Source of the DNA: Eledone cirrhosa
Lineage: Eukaryota
Assembly (NCBI GenBank): GCA_964016885.1
Contig: OZ024764.1
Coordinates: forward strand, 22,134,001-22,198,000
Direction of reading: 5' to 3'
Length of the DNA stretch: 64,000 bases
The notes below the pieces were generated by a model. The model did not search any database and was not told the origin of the DNA. It worked only from the letters and a program-made list of their open reading frames with translations. Positions 12,451-24,800 of this stretch are shown here, in pieces (positions within the stretch are counted from its first letter, which is position 1; every line of letters starts with the position of its first letter). The position numbers and the translations under genes are program-made.

Positions 12451-12742
12451 TACACCTAGTATCTAGTCTATGTTGAGTGGTACGTCCTTCTCCAGTAAGG
12501 GAGTTAATATTCCCAACCATCTGTCTATCCTGTTTTCTGATGAGAATGAAGTCAAGCTAGTTTATCTCTTCACCTGATTGAAGTAACTAGATCAAGTAAC
12601 TAGATGTTTTCCTGTAAGTTAGTGTTGCAGTGTTTGTGTCACCATGTAAGGTTTATATCTATTAATATAGAGATGTAGTAAAGTTTTCACTGTTGTATCT
12701 CTATTTTCTAAATATCTTAATAATGTTTCTCTACTATTTCAG

Positions 12743-13111
12743 AATAGCACATGACCTTGGCAGAAAAGATTCTTTTAAAGACAACAGAAAGATGTTACAT
12801 ACAAGTGATATAAACTTGTTTAGTCTGTGGTGAATTATGGTGAAATATTTCTTCTGAATTGAGATAAATAACAACATATTCCTTTTTCACTGTCTGGAAT
12901 ATTTACAAGATGATTTTACATTCTGATTAAACTTTAGATATTTACAAAGGAGTTTTCAAAATATTTGGATATTGACAAAGATCACATTTGGTAAAAATTA
13001 TGAACAATAGAAATATTTACATCAACATAGGAATAATTTCCAGAAGAGATGGGAAAATCATTATACCACTGTAATATTTGTGGTAAAGTATTCTCTCTTC
13101 TTTATATGTAG
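12743..13111 (+). pseudogene. Ghost ZNF exon: acceptor, leader and a truncated half finger (copies at 28498-28865, 43676-44043, 62543-62904)
   Basis: Acceptor paralogous to the main exon acceptor; ATG 13049 reads [20 protein letters not shown]. Confidence 0.75.
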
Positions 13112-13239
13112 AACATCTAAATAAACACTTTAACTAACAAACTATTGTGCTATAGAAATGACAAACTTGAGCAATGTTTAATAAATGTTACAGATTTCTC
13201 CAAACTGTCGTTTACTAACTTTAATTTGAAGCTATATTA

Positions 13240-13602
13240 TCTATATACTACTAAAACTCTGTGATTGTGTCTTGTCTAATTTAATCCAGCTAAAACAGTG
13301 CATAATGGGGAAATACTTTGAAAAGAATAAAACAATTTTTGTATAAATTGGAGCACAGGTTCCCAAGATTCAAGGTTTTCTGGGTACCTTGATATATATA
13401 GGGAGAGAAAGAGATAGTGGTTGTGAGAGTGAGGAGACAGATGGAAGAGAGAGAGAGAGCTGGTGGTGTTGTTTAATAAAATGTGTGTGTGTGTATATAT
13501 ATGTACGTATGTGTATATTTTAACTATTTAAAAATCATTTTTAAATGACTTTTAAAAAATAGTTTTATGGGAACGTGACCCAACAGGTCCCGGGTGGTCT
13601 AG
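13240..13602 (+). mobile_element. Non-autonomous Helitron (copies 28994-29383, about 44172-44483, 63033-63405; inverted pieces at 25440-25750, 25835-26000, 36791-36890)
   Basis: A^TCTATATACTACTAAAA...CTAG^T termini, subterminal GTGACCCAACAGGTC hairpin, no TSD. Confidence 0.75.
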
Positions 13603-14009
13603 TTTGTTACTAAATACTAGATATTAGAGGGTCATGTTGTTCTAGATGTGCTGGAAGAGCCATTCCATCTTGTGAGGTTCACACCAGCAGCTAGCCACCT
13701 CAGCACCTATGGTGGTATATTTATTATATTATTTATTCTTTATCATTAACATTAATTTAAAAGATAATTATATATTTTTAGAGAAGAACCTCTAATTTCA
13801 TATAGCTTAGGGCTTCAGTAGGTAAAAGTCTGGCCCTGCTTGTCTTGTATTTTTTAGGGGAGAAGTTAGGGAATACTGTTATTGTGTGAAAGTTTTCTAA
13901 ATCTTCTTCAACCACTAACATGGAGAAGATATTTCAGTAAGAAGGTTCACATCCTGACATCTATAGCTGTTAACAATGAGATTGGAATTCATTATTAAAC
14001 AAATGTTAT

Positions 14010-14790
14010 ATCATCATCACTGTTTAACAACAGTTTTTTCACTCTGGCATAGGTTAGACGAGTTATCCTGTTGTAAGCATTGCCAGGTCAGGTGACCATG
14101 TCTGGCTCCTACAGAACAAATTTTGGATTGGTTTCTACAACTGGATGCCCTTCCTAGCACCAACCTTATTTACATTGAGTACTGGGTGCATTTTACCATC
14201 TCACCATCACGACCACTTTACAGTGTGGGCTGGGTGCTTTTTGTTGTGACACCTACATGACCACTTTAAAGTTTTGACTGTGTGCTTTTTGTCGTGACAC
14301 CTGCATGACCACTTTATAGTGTGGACTGGGTACTTTTTGTTGTGACATCAACATGACCACTTTAAAGTTTTGGCTGGGTACTTTTTGTTGTCACCTACAT
14401 GACCACTTTACAGTTTGCACTGGCTGCTTTTTGTCGTGACACCTACAAGACCACTTTACAGTGTGGGCTGGGTGCTTTTTGCCGTGACACCTACGCAACC
14501 GTTTTACAGTGTGGGCTGGTTTCTTTTTGTCATATCACCTACATAACCGCCTTATAGTGTTGGCTGTGTGTTCTTTGCAGTGTGGGCTGGTTTCTTTTTG
14601 TCATATCACCTACATGACCACCTTATAATGTTGACTGTGTGTTCTTTGCAGTGTGGGCTGGTTTCTTTTTGTCATATCACCTACATGACCACCTTATAAT
14701 GTTGACTGTGTTCTTTACAGTGTGGGTTGGGTGCTTTTTGTCATATCACCTACCCAACCACTTTGCAGTGTGGGCAGTGAAATATCAGTA
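14010..14790 (-). mobile_element. RTE/SINE 3' tail with expanded 48-72-bp tandem repeats (copies 29790-30720, 44866-45400, 63590-64000)
   Basis: Reverse complement of the RTE 3'UTR at 25190-25430 (GGTTTCTACA.CTGGATGCCCTTCCTA); GACCACTTTACAGTGTGGGCTGGG repeats. Confidence 0.8.
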
Positions 14791-14799
14791 ATGCACCAG

Positions 14800-15310
14800 C
14801 TCCAATATTCAGTAATCAGAAGAAGGGAGGTAGGCATAAAAGCCAAATTTGCTGTCTTCAATTAGGTTTTTGTGCCAACCCTTACCTATGGTCACATATC
14901 TTGGGTAATGACCAAAAGAATATGATTGCGAATACAAGTGGCAGATATGGGATTCCTCTGAAGGGTCTTTGAAGGAATGTTTCTCAATAAAGTGCATAGC
15001 TCTGAGATCCGAGAGTCACTCCAGGTGGAGCTGTTACTTCTCCTAATTGAGAGATCACAGCTGCAATACTATGGCCATTTGGTTAGAATGTCTGAGGAAA
15101 GAATCACTGGATAGATTTTACAGGCAAAACTAACCAGCAGGAGACCCAGGGGTAGACCTGAGCAAGATGGTCACATAACATCCATGAGCTTGGCTGGTCT
15201 CTCTGGGAGATCCAGCCAGATCAGTTGGAGTGGGTTGCTTCTGACAGGACCTGTTGGAGGGAGTGTTTGAGGACTCTGCCCCCAAGACCCTCTCTGGAAT
15301 AAGAAGAGGT
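14800..15310 (+). mobile_element. RTE (Rex3/Expander-like) 3' fragment (copy about 30740-31260)
   Basis: LTYGHISWVMTKRI, VELLLL.IERSQLQYYGHLVRM and RRPRGRP motifs. Confidence 0.75.
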
Positions 15311-15597
15311 TGAGGTTACATAATCAACATCAGATTTCCCTGCTAGCAAGGGTTTAATGAGTCTACTTCAACCAAGTAAGTACTGAAATGAGGCTACTGA
15401 TCTCCCAGACAGACCAAGGATCTGAGACTTATTACATAAGGTCTCATTTGCTACTGAGTGCACAGAAAAGGTTGTCATGTTTTTGTCATGATTGAAGGGT
15501 TCTCCGACACTATTGTCGGGCAAGCTTTCTATGACTAGATGTCCTTCACATGACCAACCACATTACAGCCTGTGTTGGGTGTGTTTATCATGTAGGT

Positions 15598-17643
15598 GAG
15601 ACATAACAAACTGAGGGTTCCCCAAGGGCCACATAGGTCACATGTGTTGTCTGAGGGTTGCACACTACAACTAATTATGTACACGACAACTTATTAGTCA
15701 TTTAATAAAATATATTGCAGAAAGATTTGTTACTTAAATTTAGAAACATACAATGTACATACAAATGTTTTAGCAGCATTCATGAATACAAAGTAATGAA
15801 GTAGTTTGATAAAAAAACTAAAATTTCACATGTCAACATATACTTGCAGATTGTAACATCAACAAATACATTGTACACAAATAACAACAGTTGAAAACTG
15901 AACATTTATTTGCTACTATTCAACCATTTTTAGTCTTTTGTCCTGAGGCTTGACACTTCTTTCTGTTGACAATGTTTGGTATATCTGGCTGAAATGTCTG
16001 CACAGTTCGAACTTTAATCAGAAATGACAAGTGTTGATCTTTCAGCCTTGTTCTCTGAGAAGTTTTTGTTAAGCTAAGTACAGACTCAGTATGGGCAGTG
16101 ATTTTCAGCTCTTTGCACATAAGAAAATGAATTAAATTTTCATCTGACAACGGAGACTTCCATAAGCTAAGTTTTCTAATGAAGAACTTGATGTCATCAT
16201 ACAACTGAGTGATGGGTTTGTTTTTACCTTGTAATTTCAAATTAAGATCAGTTAATTGTGCAGTAATATCCACAAATAAAGCCAGATGTTGGAGCCAACT
16301 ATTATCTTTTGTTTCATCTGTGTTTTGACCTTTCATCTCCAAAAACATAATTATTTTAACAAATAGCATCTTTTCAGCACTTTGTGACATGTCAACCAGC
16401 AGACTTCTGTGTAGAATGGAACATCGGTGAACTGATTATCCATATCTTCCAACAACTGGCTGAACTGACGGTGGTTGAGAGCACGGCCTCTGATTTCGTT
16501 CACTATCTTTGTGACCAAGCTAAGCACATGATGCAATTTTAAAATCTTTGAACATAAATTTTGCTGATGAATAATACAGTGAAAATGTGCAAATGATGAA
16601 TCTAGATATGAGTTTTCTATTTTTGTTTGTAACTTGGCAGCAACACCATTATGTCTACCAACCATATTTGCAGCACTGTCAGTAGATAAACATGCAAGTT
16701 TACTCAGATCAAAACCATGCAGACACTGCTTGACCTTCTCAAAGATGTCCTGGCTTGTTATAGTGTCATGCATGGGGACCAGTTCAATCAGTTCTTCATA
16801 AATATTAAATTCACAGTCACAGGCCCTGATGAAGAATGCAAGCTGTACTATTCCAGTGATGTCAACAGTCTCTTCAATAGCAATAGAAACATGTTCAAAC
16901 CTTGATGATACAGCCTTTAACTATTGTTTCAGATCACCTGACATTTCATTAATCTGTTCAGCAACAGTGTTCCTGGTTAATGATATGTCTTTGAATAACT
17001 CTGCTTTCTCTGGACAATTTCAGCTGTTTTTACAAGACATTGCTTTACAAAATCTCCTTCACTGTAAGATTTCCCACTCATGGCAATCATTTGACTGAGT
17101 TCATAGCTTGCAGTTACGGAAGTGACATCCTCTTCCTGAATTAACATAAAACAGGTCTGTTGCTGTGTCAAGTTAGACTTCAATTCCTTGAGTCTTGAAA
17201 CACACATTGGGCCTTCATATTTATCGTAAGATTGATGGTTTGTTTCATAATGTCTTTTTAAATTGTACTCTTTTGGCGTGGCGATGTAGTTGTTGCAAAT
17301 TATACAGTGTATCTTTCTGTTCACCACTGGGCAAAAATACTGTAATTCCCACTTTTCTTGAAACACTTGCCCTTCTTCGTTCAATTTCCTTTTTCTCTTA
17401 GCTGGAGGAGCACTAACCATTTCAAAAACAAAATCTTTTGAAATTTTTAAAGAAAGTTTTCTGTTAATGAGCTGCACGTGATTAATGGAAGTTAAAAGTC
17501 GTTGACAAAATTTGCAAAAAAAAAATTATTGTATCGAAAATGTTTTAAATTTTATATTACGAAAATGAAATATGCTCGCACTGTAAAAACCTTTGTGTGG
17601 GCCGCAGGTTTGCTTGCCAAGGGCCGCATGTTTGACATGTCTG
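15598..17643 (-). mobile_element. hAT (Buster/SPIN, GTF2IRD2-like) DNA transposon, defective
   Basis: 8-bp TSD ATGTAGGT (nnnTAnnn) on both sides; TIR CAGACATGTCAAACATGCGGCCC; ORF pieces with BED-like finger (FQEKWELQYF..CIIC..NLKRHY), TDSAANM and HCIIH. Confidence 0.9.
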
Positions 17644-17799
17644 ATGTAGGTTACCAACACTAGGCAGGGCAGCATGTCCATCAGTGTCTTCTGCTACATT
17701 AACTACCAGGAGGTCACCACATGAGACAAAGACCAAAGACTACATTTCAAAGAAGGGTCATAAAAGAACTAAATACAAAAGTCCTCGCAGCAAAAAACA

Positions 17800-18210
17800 A
17801 ATAATTGAGCTTTGGGTCTAGGTCAAGGGGCAGAAGTGCTGTACCCTGTGGATAAGACTGCAAAAGTATTCGCGCCGGACAGTGACACCCACTGCAATAG
17901 CCACCCCAACCCCATGGGACTCCCTCTTCAGACGGGCCACCAACGTTCTGATCTTACAGAGGAGCTTGGCAGTACGGGGTCCAAGTACTTCTGAGGTCTC
18001 GATGGTGACCGGTGTGAAGAGACCTACAATTGATGTCATCCCAGTTATGTTGGACTGTAATATACTGGGGTATAGAGAGGCCTTAACCTGTCTCAGCCGA
18101 GCCACCCAGGGTTGTGTCATCTAGGTACTAGACAGGGGTGACTAGACCATGTTGTCAACTGTCAGCACCAATAGGAGTGAGGCGAGTGGGTCCCCTTGCT
18201 AGACACCATA
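17800..18210 (-). mobile_element. CRE-like RT fragment (copy about 33620-34045)
   Basis: Minus strand reads GV*QGDPLASLL and YLDDTTLGG. Confidence 0.65.
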
Positions 18211-18451
18211 TATAAAACGTATTTGCTAATTACTTTAATGAATAATTTGTTTCATACGTAATTATTACTTTTAACACAATAGGATTTTGTACACGTGTTT
18301 GTTTGAAAACATCTTTCAAAGAAGTATGAGACAGTCTTTTGTAGTGTTTATTATAATAAATTACTGTATGTTGAGCTGTTTTAACTTCTCCACCTTCTAT
18401 TATTTCATATTGTTTTTGTAAAAAAACGAGATCTTTTTCATATATATATAT

Positions 18452-18660
18452 GAAGGCGTGTGGCTGAGTGGTTAGAGAATTGGATTCGGAATTGTGAGTT
18501 CGATTCTCAGACTGGGCGGTGCGTTATGTCCTTGAGCAAGACATTTTATTTCACGTTGCTCCTTCTACCTGGAGTTGCGACCGATAGATAGTATTAGCAA
18601 TTGGAAAGACCAATGGAAACATTGTTTCCTCGGTCCGATTTGACGAAAAGTTGATCATAA
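18452..18660 (+). mobile_element. tRNA-derived CORE-type SINE (copies 34287-34500 +, about 47520-47695 -)
   Basis: A box TGGCTGAGTGG, B box GAGTTCGATT, central TGTCCTTGAGCAAGACA. Confidence 0.8.
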
Positions 18661-19708
18661 AAAATATATATATAGAGAGAGAGAGAGAGAGAAAAACACA
18701 CAAACATACACTACTGTATTACATATGTAAGGGGAGATAACTCTCGTTACATCCACCCTTCTTTTTGATATACGTACTTTAACTACTTTGTTCAATGGAA
18801 TCTGCTTTATTTTGTCCTAAGTAGATTTCTGTTTAAGTATTTACGAGATTCACAATGATTCACGTAACCAAGTTACTTACATAGAGATATATTTCACATA
18901 GAATCACAACAAATGAAAATATTAAGTCAACACTCTGTCAATCAGTCTCACATCACATGGGGTGCCGGAGTCTCCCTCTAATACTTTCTGAGACAGTCTT
19001 ACCTCGAGTGATAGCAAGGCTAAGATGTTGGAACTACCAAACACCCTCATATGTATCATCTGACACCTCGGTAAGGAGAGCTGCCAACGATAACAAGAAC
19101 CTCGTTGTCAGGGACCTATCTCCTCCAAACTTCAACTTCTCCAACACCACAGACTAGAATATTCTACTCTTTATTCCCTATCAAATATATTTCAGTCTAG
19201 TCATTTATCTTGTATCTTGTATATGTATTTTGAAAACTAACTGTCACATTTGTGAGACCCCAGTTAGTGATGTTTTCGTCTCCCTCCCACATCCTACATG
19301 CTGTAGTAAAAGTGAGGGTCACTGCTTCTGTAGACGAACGAAATAAAAGTTAAACTACCAGTAATTATCGGCAAAGTATTTATTCCAGTCTGTGATGTTT
19401 GAGAAGCTGGGCTGCTGACAACGAAGTTGTGGTCACTGTTGGCAGCTGGCTTTACCGAAGTACCCGATGACTCTTGTGAGGGTACTTAGCTGTTCTGGCG
19501 GTTTAGCCTCCATGACATGATTTTACTGAGATACCCGGTGATCTCTGTCAGGGTACTTAGCTGTTCTGGCGGTTTAGCCTCCATATGACCCGATCTTACC
19601 GAGATACCCGGTGATCTCTGTCAGGGTACTTAGCTGTTCTGGCAACTTAGCCCCCATATGACCCGATTTACAGAAGCACCCGGTGATCTGTGTAAGAGTA
19701 CTTAGCTG

Positions 19709-20354
19709 GGCATAGGTTAAGTTTTACGTCCTCGAAAATGAAACTAGGTTTTCTGACAAGTGAATGTGTTTTTTTTTTTTTCCAATGAAATTTACGATAC
19801 ACTCTTTGTTTATTTACAACAGGTCTCTATAGTGATATGGTGTTAATTAGTATTGCGTGTGTGATTATTTTCTCTTATATATATGTGTGTGGGTGTGTAT
19901 ATGTGTGTATATATATGTGCCTGTATGTATATATATATGTATGTTTGTATATATATATGTGTTTGTGTCATCATCATCGTTTACATGTTTTTACCCAAAT
20001 CCCTTATCATTCTCTGTCCTTCCTATGACCCGGCCTTAATTTGTTTATAGTTGGTGCCAACTTTGGCAAGATATTACAAAAACATCTAAACGATGATGAT
20101 GACACAAACACATATATATATACAAACACACATATATATATATATATACATACAGACACACATATACACACCCACACATATATATATAAGAAATAATAAT
20201 CACACACGCAATACTAATTAACACCATATCACTATAGAGACCTGTTGTAAATAAACAAAGAGTGTATCGTAAATTTCATTGTAAAAAAAACAAACACATT
20301 CACTTGTCAGAAAACCTAGTTTCATTTTCGAGGACGTAAAACTTAACCTATGCC
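19709..20354. mobile_element. Foldback/MITE with ~285-bp TIRs (MULE- or Merlin-like)
   Basis: GGCATAGGTTAAG...CTTAACCTATGCC; near-perfect arms 19709-19992 and 20077-20354; TSD CTTAGCTG. Confidence 0.88.
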
Positions 20355-20443
20355 CTTAGCTGTTCTATTTTAATTACATTTACTGATTTCAACTTTCATT
20401 TTTTTATTACAAACTTTACATAATTTAATTCCGTAAAAATATT

Positions 20444-20588
20444 TTACGTCACAAAAAAACTTGACCTTTGACATTGAAGCATGCGCAGTGGTGCAGTTGT
20501 CGACTTCCTGTCCACGTGTCAGTCTTCCTACAACAACATTTAGACAACATTTCTGTAAATACTAAACACCTGAGACTATAATGTAAGT
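20444..20588 (+). promoter_or_regulatory. Promoter and non-coding exon 1 of ZNF gene 2
   Basis: Same CRE/NR/NRF1/ETS/E-box cluster; donor GTAAGT at 20583. Confidence 0.65.
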
Positions 20589-21117
20589 ATTATGTCTATT
20601 AATATTGTAGATTTAAGCTCACTTTTCACATCACAAGTATATATTTTCTTGTTTGTTTCATTACTGGAAATATAAAATGTTATCGTAATTATCTATATTT
20701 TACCTACCTCTAATTAATTAAAGTGAAAACTTTTGTTGTTGCTGAAAAATAAATTAACAAAACTAAATATTTAAATATTCTAAAGGTCGTTTTTATATTA
20801 TGTGATGATATAATTAATATATTTTATTACAATTGTATAAATTTACAGTAGAATAACGTTGTAAATATGTTTTAAATATATACATAAATAACGTGTGTAA
20901 ATAACATTATAAATTGCTGGCAATTCCTTGAGAAAGACATTACAAATATATTGTCTAAACTGTGTATAATAATATAATTTATTGAACAATAATGATAAAG
21001 GAAAGAAAAACACAGAGGGAGATGGCAATTGACCACCAAGTGTGATAATAGGCCACACCTCACACCTTAGGGGTTAACTACACACTTTGAGGCAAGCCAA
21101 CACACTGGCAGCATTAC

Positions 21118-21456
21118 TAAGGTGTTGAAATAACCAGGTACCCTCACGGGTATCACCTGGTGCCTCGGTAAGGCGAGGCTAAGGTGCTGAAATAACCAGG
21201 TACCCTCACGGGTATCACCTGACACCTCGGTAAGGTGAGGCTAAGGTGCTGAAATAACCAGGTACCCTCACGGGTATCACCTGACACCTTGGTAAGGTGA
21301 GGCTAAGGTGCTGAAATAACCAGGTACCCTCACGGTATCACCTGACACCTCGGTAAGGTGAGGCTAAGGGGCTGAAATAACCAGGTACCCTCACAGGTAT
21401 CACCTGACACCTTGGTAAGGTGAGGCTAAGGTGCTGAAATAACCAGGTACCCTCAC
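21118..21456. repeat. 62-bp tandem repeat, about 5.5 copies (about 2 copies at 54245-54344)
   Basis: GGTGCTGAAATAACCAGGTACCCTCACGGGTATCACCTGACACCTCGGTAAGGTGAGGCTAA at 21121, 21183, 21245, 21307. Confidence 0.92.
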
Positions 21457-21813
21457 GGAAATGACTAGATTTGTAGAAAAAGTAGGGTGAAAGTATACAA
21501 AGAGATGTAGTTTCACAGATCTACTCACACCTCACGTTGGGTGGGAAATAATTATTTTTCTTAGATTTTTTTCTAGACCCCTTTTCAATATTTTCTCTGA
21601 ACCCCTTAGATACTTGCAATAGACGTTTTATTCCCCAGTATTAGGGTTAGGGTTTCCGTTTTCAGGAAGAAATGTCGATTGCAAAGATCTAAGAGCTCGA
21701 GAAAAATAATAAGGAAAGATAATTATTTCCCAGCCAACTGGAGAAGTGTGTAGCTCTTCTAAGCTCTGATAATCCTGTCTCCCACTTCTTTATCTACAAA
21801 TCTAGTCGTTTCC
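21457..21813. mobile_element. Palindromic MITE-like element (copy 54345-54704; right arm only at 8421-8448)
   Basis: Outer IR GGAAACGACTAGATTTGTAGA / TCTACAAATCTAGTCGTTTCC, with inner IRs GGGAAATAAT and TTAGAT..TTGCAAT. Confidence 0.7.
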
Positions 21814-21823
21814 TGCTACTTTG

Positions 21824-24800
21824 AAGGCCCTATTTATTGATAACACCACTCGTAAATCTTTGTCAACTTTTCATACGTAAATTGTGAATCAGTTATGACA
21901 AATTCACCTCGTGGACGAGAATGCGAGCACTCCTCTTTGTTTCGACCGCGGACGGCTAACATAACCCCATCCCCGCCGTCCCCCACTGCCCGCACCCTCC
22001 AAACGCAATCCAAAACTTCAGAGTTGGTACCATAAATGTAGGCACCTTAAAGGGTCGCGCTAACGAGGTTGTAGAAATGCTTGAACGTAAGGAGGTCGAT
22101 GTTTGTTGTAATCAAGAGACCAGGTGGAGGGGTGGGTCTGCTAGATTCATCGTGGGTAAAGAACGATGCTATAAGCTTTTCTGGGTGGGAAACGACGATG
22201 GGCTGGGTGGAGTAGGAATCATGGTAGCAGAAAAGTGGGCAGATAAGATAATAGACGTAAATAGAGTGAACGACAGAATAATTAAAATAAGACTTGTTCT
22301 CAATAGAACTACGGTGACAGTAATATCTGCGTACGCGCCCAAATCCGGACTGCCTGGCGCTATAAAAGACAGATTCTATGAGACACTGATGCTCACTACC
22401 TCCCAAATAACCGACAGTGACTATATAATTATTGCAGGCGACCTAAATGGTCACGTTGGACAACATTGTGACGGCTACGACGAAGTCCATGGAGGCTATG
22501 GGTTTGGTACCAGAAATGAGGAAGGCTCCAGAATCCTGGAATTCTGTGACGCAAATAACCTAACTATCTGTAACACTAACTTCAAATAACGTGACAATCA
22601 CCTGATCACCTATAGATCCGGGGAACACACAAGCCAGGTAGATTATATCCTTACCAGAAGACGTGACAAGAGTGTCTGTTGTAAACACTAAATCCCTCCC
22701 CCATGAAGAATGCACCTCCCAACATAGACTGATAATTAGCGACCTCATAGTCAGGACGAGACGTACTCGACAGCAGAAGAGGACTATCCTCAGGAGAAAA
22801 ATATGGAAGCTAAAGGACCCCACAGCCAGAAATAAATTTCAAAGCATATTACTTGATGCTTTCGACAGTAAGGAAGAGCATTTAGAGTCGGACAATATAG
22901 AGGGACAGTGGGAATTTCTGAAAGCAAACCTGCTGATGGCGACAGACGAAGTCTGTGGCTGGAGCAGGCCTGTTGGCAGGAGGAGAGTAACATGATGGTG
23001 GAACAGTAAGGTGGAGGGGTCAATTAAGGCCAAAAAGCAGGCTTGGAAAGTATAGTGGGATGGGGGAAGTAGAGAAGACTATCAAGTGGCCAGGAGGGAA
23101 GCTAGGAGACAAGTGTACTTTGCAAGAAGGGAAGCAGAGGAAAGAAAGTTCAAGCATGTTCTACAACGCGAGGACCAAAAACGTGAGGTGTTCAGGATTG
23201 CTAGGCAATGTGTCAAGGAAAACCGTGATATTGGTCGGGGAGAAGTGTGTACTTAATGATGACGGCGTACTTGCCATCACCGACGCTGATAAGAAGGTAG
23301 CTTGGCAGTGTCACTATGAAAGGCTACTAAATGAGGAGAATAAATGAGAGAAAGACAGTCTCCCCCATATCGACCCAATAGAGGGACCAGCAGTGTTAGT
23401 CGAGGGTAGTATAATAAGTAAGGCCATCAAGGATATGAAGACGGGTAAGGCGGCTGGGCCTTCGGAAATAGTTGCTGAGATGCTGAAGGCATCTGGCACG
23501 GTGGGACACACCATGGTCACCCGGATAGTTAACCAAGTCGTACAGAATGGGGTTGTTCCGAAGGACTGGCATAGCAGCATCATCGTTAACTGTTATAAGG
23601 GTAAAGGAGATGCCCTAGATAGGAGTAACTATAGAGGCATTAAATTAATCGACCAGGTCATGAAGGTCACGGAAAAAGTAATAGCGCAACTAATCAGAGA
23701 GAGAATTGACCTAGATGAAATGCAGTTCGGGTTTGTGTCAGGCAAAAGTACCACAGACGCTCTTTTCATTGTACGTCAACTACAGGAGAAGTACCTAGCT
23801 AAAGGTAAACCCCTCTACTTAGCTTTTGTCGACTTGGAGAAAGCCTTCGACAGAGTCCCCCGTTCCATTATCTGGTGAGCCCTTAGAAAACTAGGTGTCG
23901 ACGAATGGCTTGTGAGAGCTATACAAGCCATGTATAAAGAAACAGCCAGCAAGGTTAGAATTAACGAATATAGTGAAGAGTTTAGCGTAAAAGTTGGCGT
24001 CCATCAGGGCTCTGTTCTCAGCCCCCTACTATTTATTATTGCCCTTCAGGCTATAACAGAGGAGCTCAAGACCGGCTGCCCATGGGAACTCCTATACGCA
24101 GACGACCTGACACTCATAGCTGAATCAATGGCCGAGCTAGAGAAGAAATTCCAAACATGGAAGCACGGCCTAGAATCAAAAGGCCTTAAAATTAACCTGG
24201 CTAAGACTAAAGTTCTAGTTTGTAGGAAAGAAAATAAGGCGGCGGTCCCTTCCGGGAAATGGCCATGCTCAGTGTGTAGGAAAGGCGTAGGTAGAAACTC
24301 CATTTTATGTCCCAAATGCAAAGTATGGGTGCATAAAAGATGTAGTGGGATCACAGGTAAGCTAACTAAGAACATAGATTTTACATGTGGGCGGTGCTCT
24401 GGTGCAATAAGTAGCAGCGAGTGCCCACAAAATACTAGCTCTTACAACTGCGCAGAGGGCTCTATAGAAATAGTGGACAGCTTCCGTTTCCTGGGTGACA
24501 AAATCAGCAGTGGGGGAGGGTACTCTGAAAGTACAGTAGCTAGAGTCAGAACTGGATGGAAAAAGTTCAGAGAGCTTATACCACTATTAGCCGCTAAAGG
24601 GTTCTCCCTAAAAATGAAAGGCAGGTTGTATGATGCCTGCATACGAACAGCAATGTTGCATGGCAGTGAGACCTGGGCATTGTGTGCAGAGGATATACGC
24701 AGACTAGAGAGGAACGAAGCTTGCATGCTCCGCTGGATGTGTAATAGTAATATACGTGAACGGCAAAGCATAAACGAACTAAGGAAAAAATTAGAAATAA

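Noticed and set aside
21641-21653. TTAGGGTTAGGG telomeric motif
   Set aside because: Only two units inside a MITE; not an interstitial telomere.
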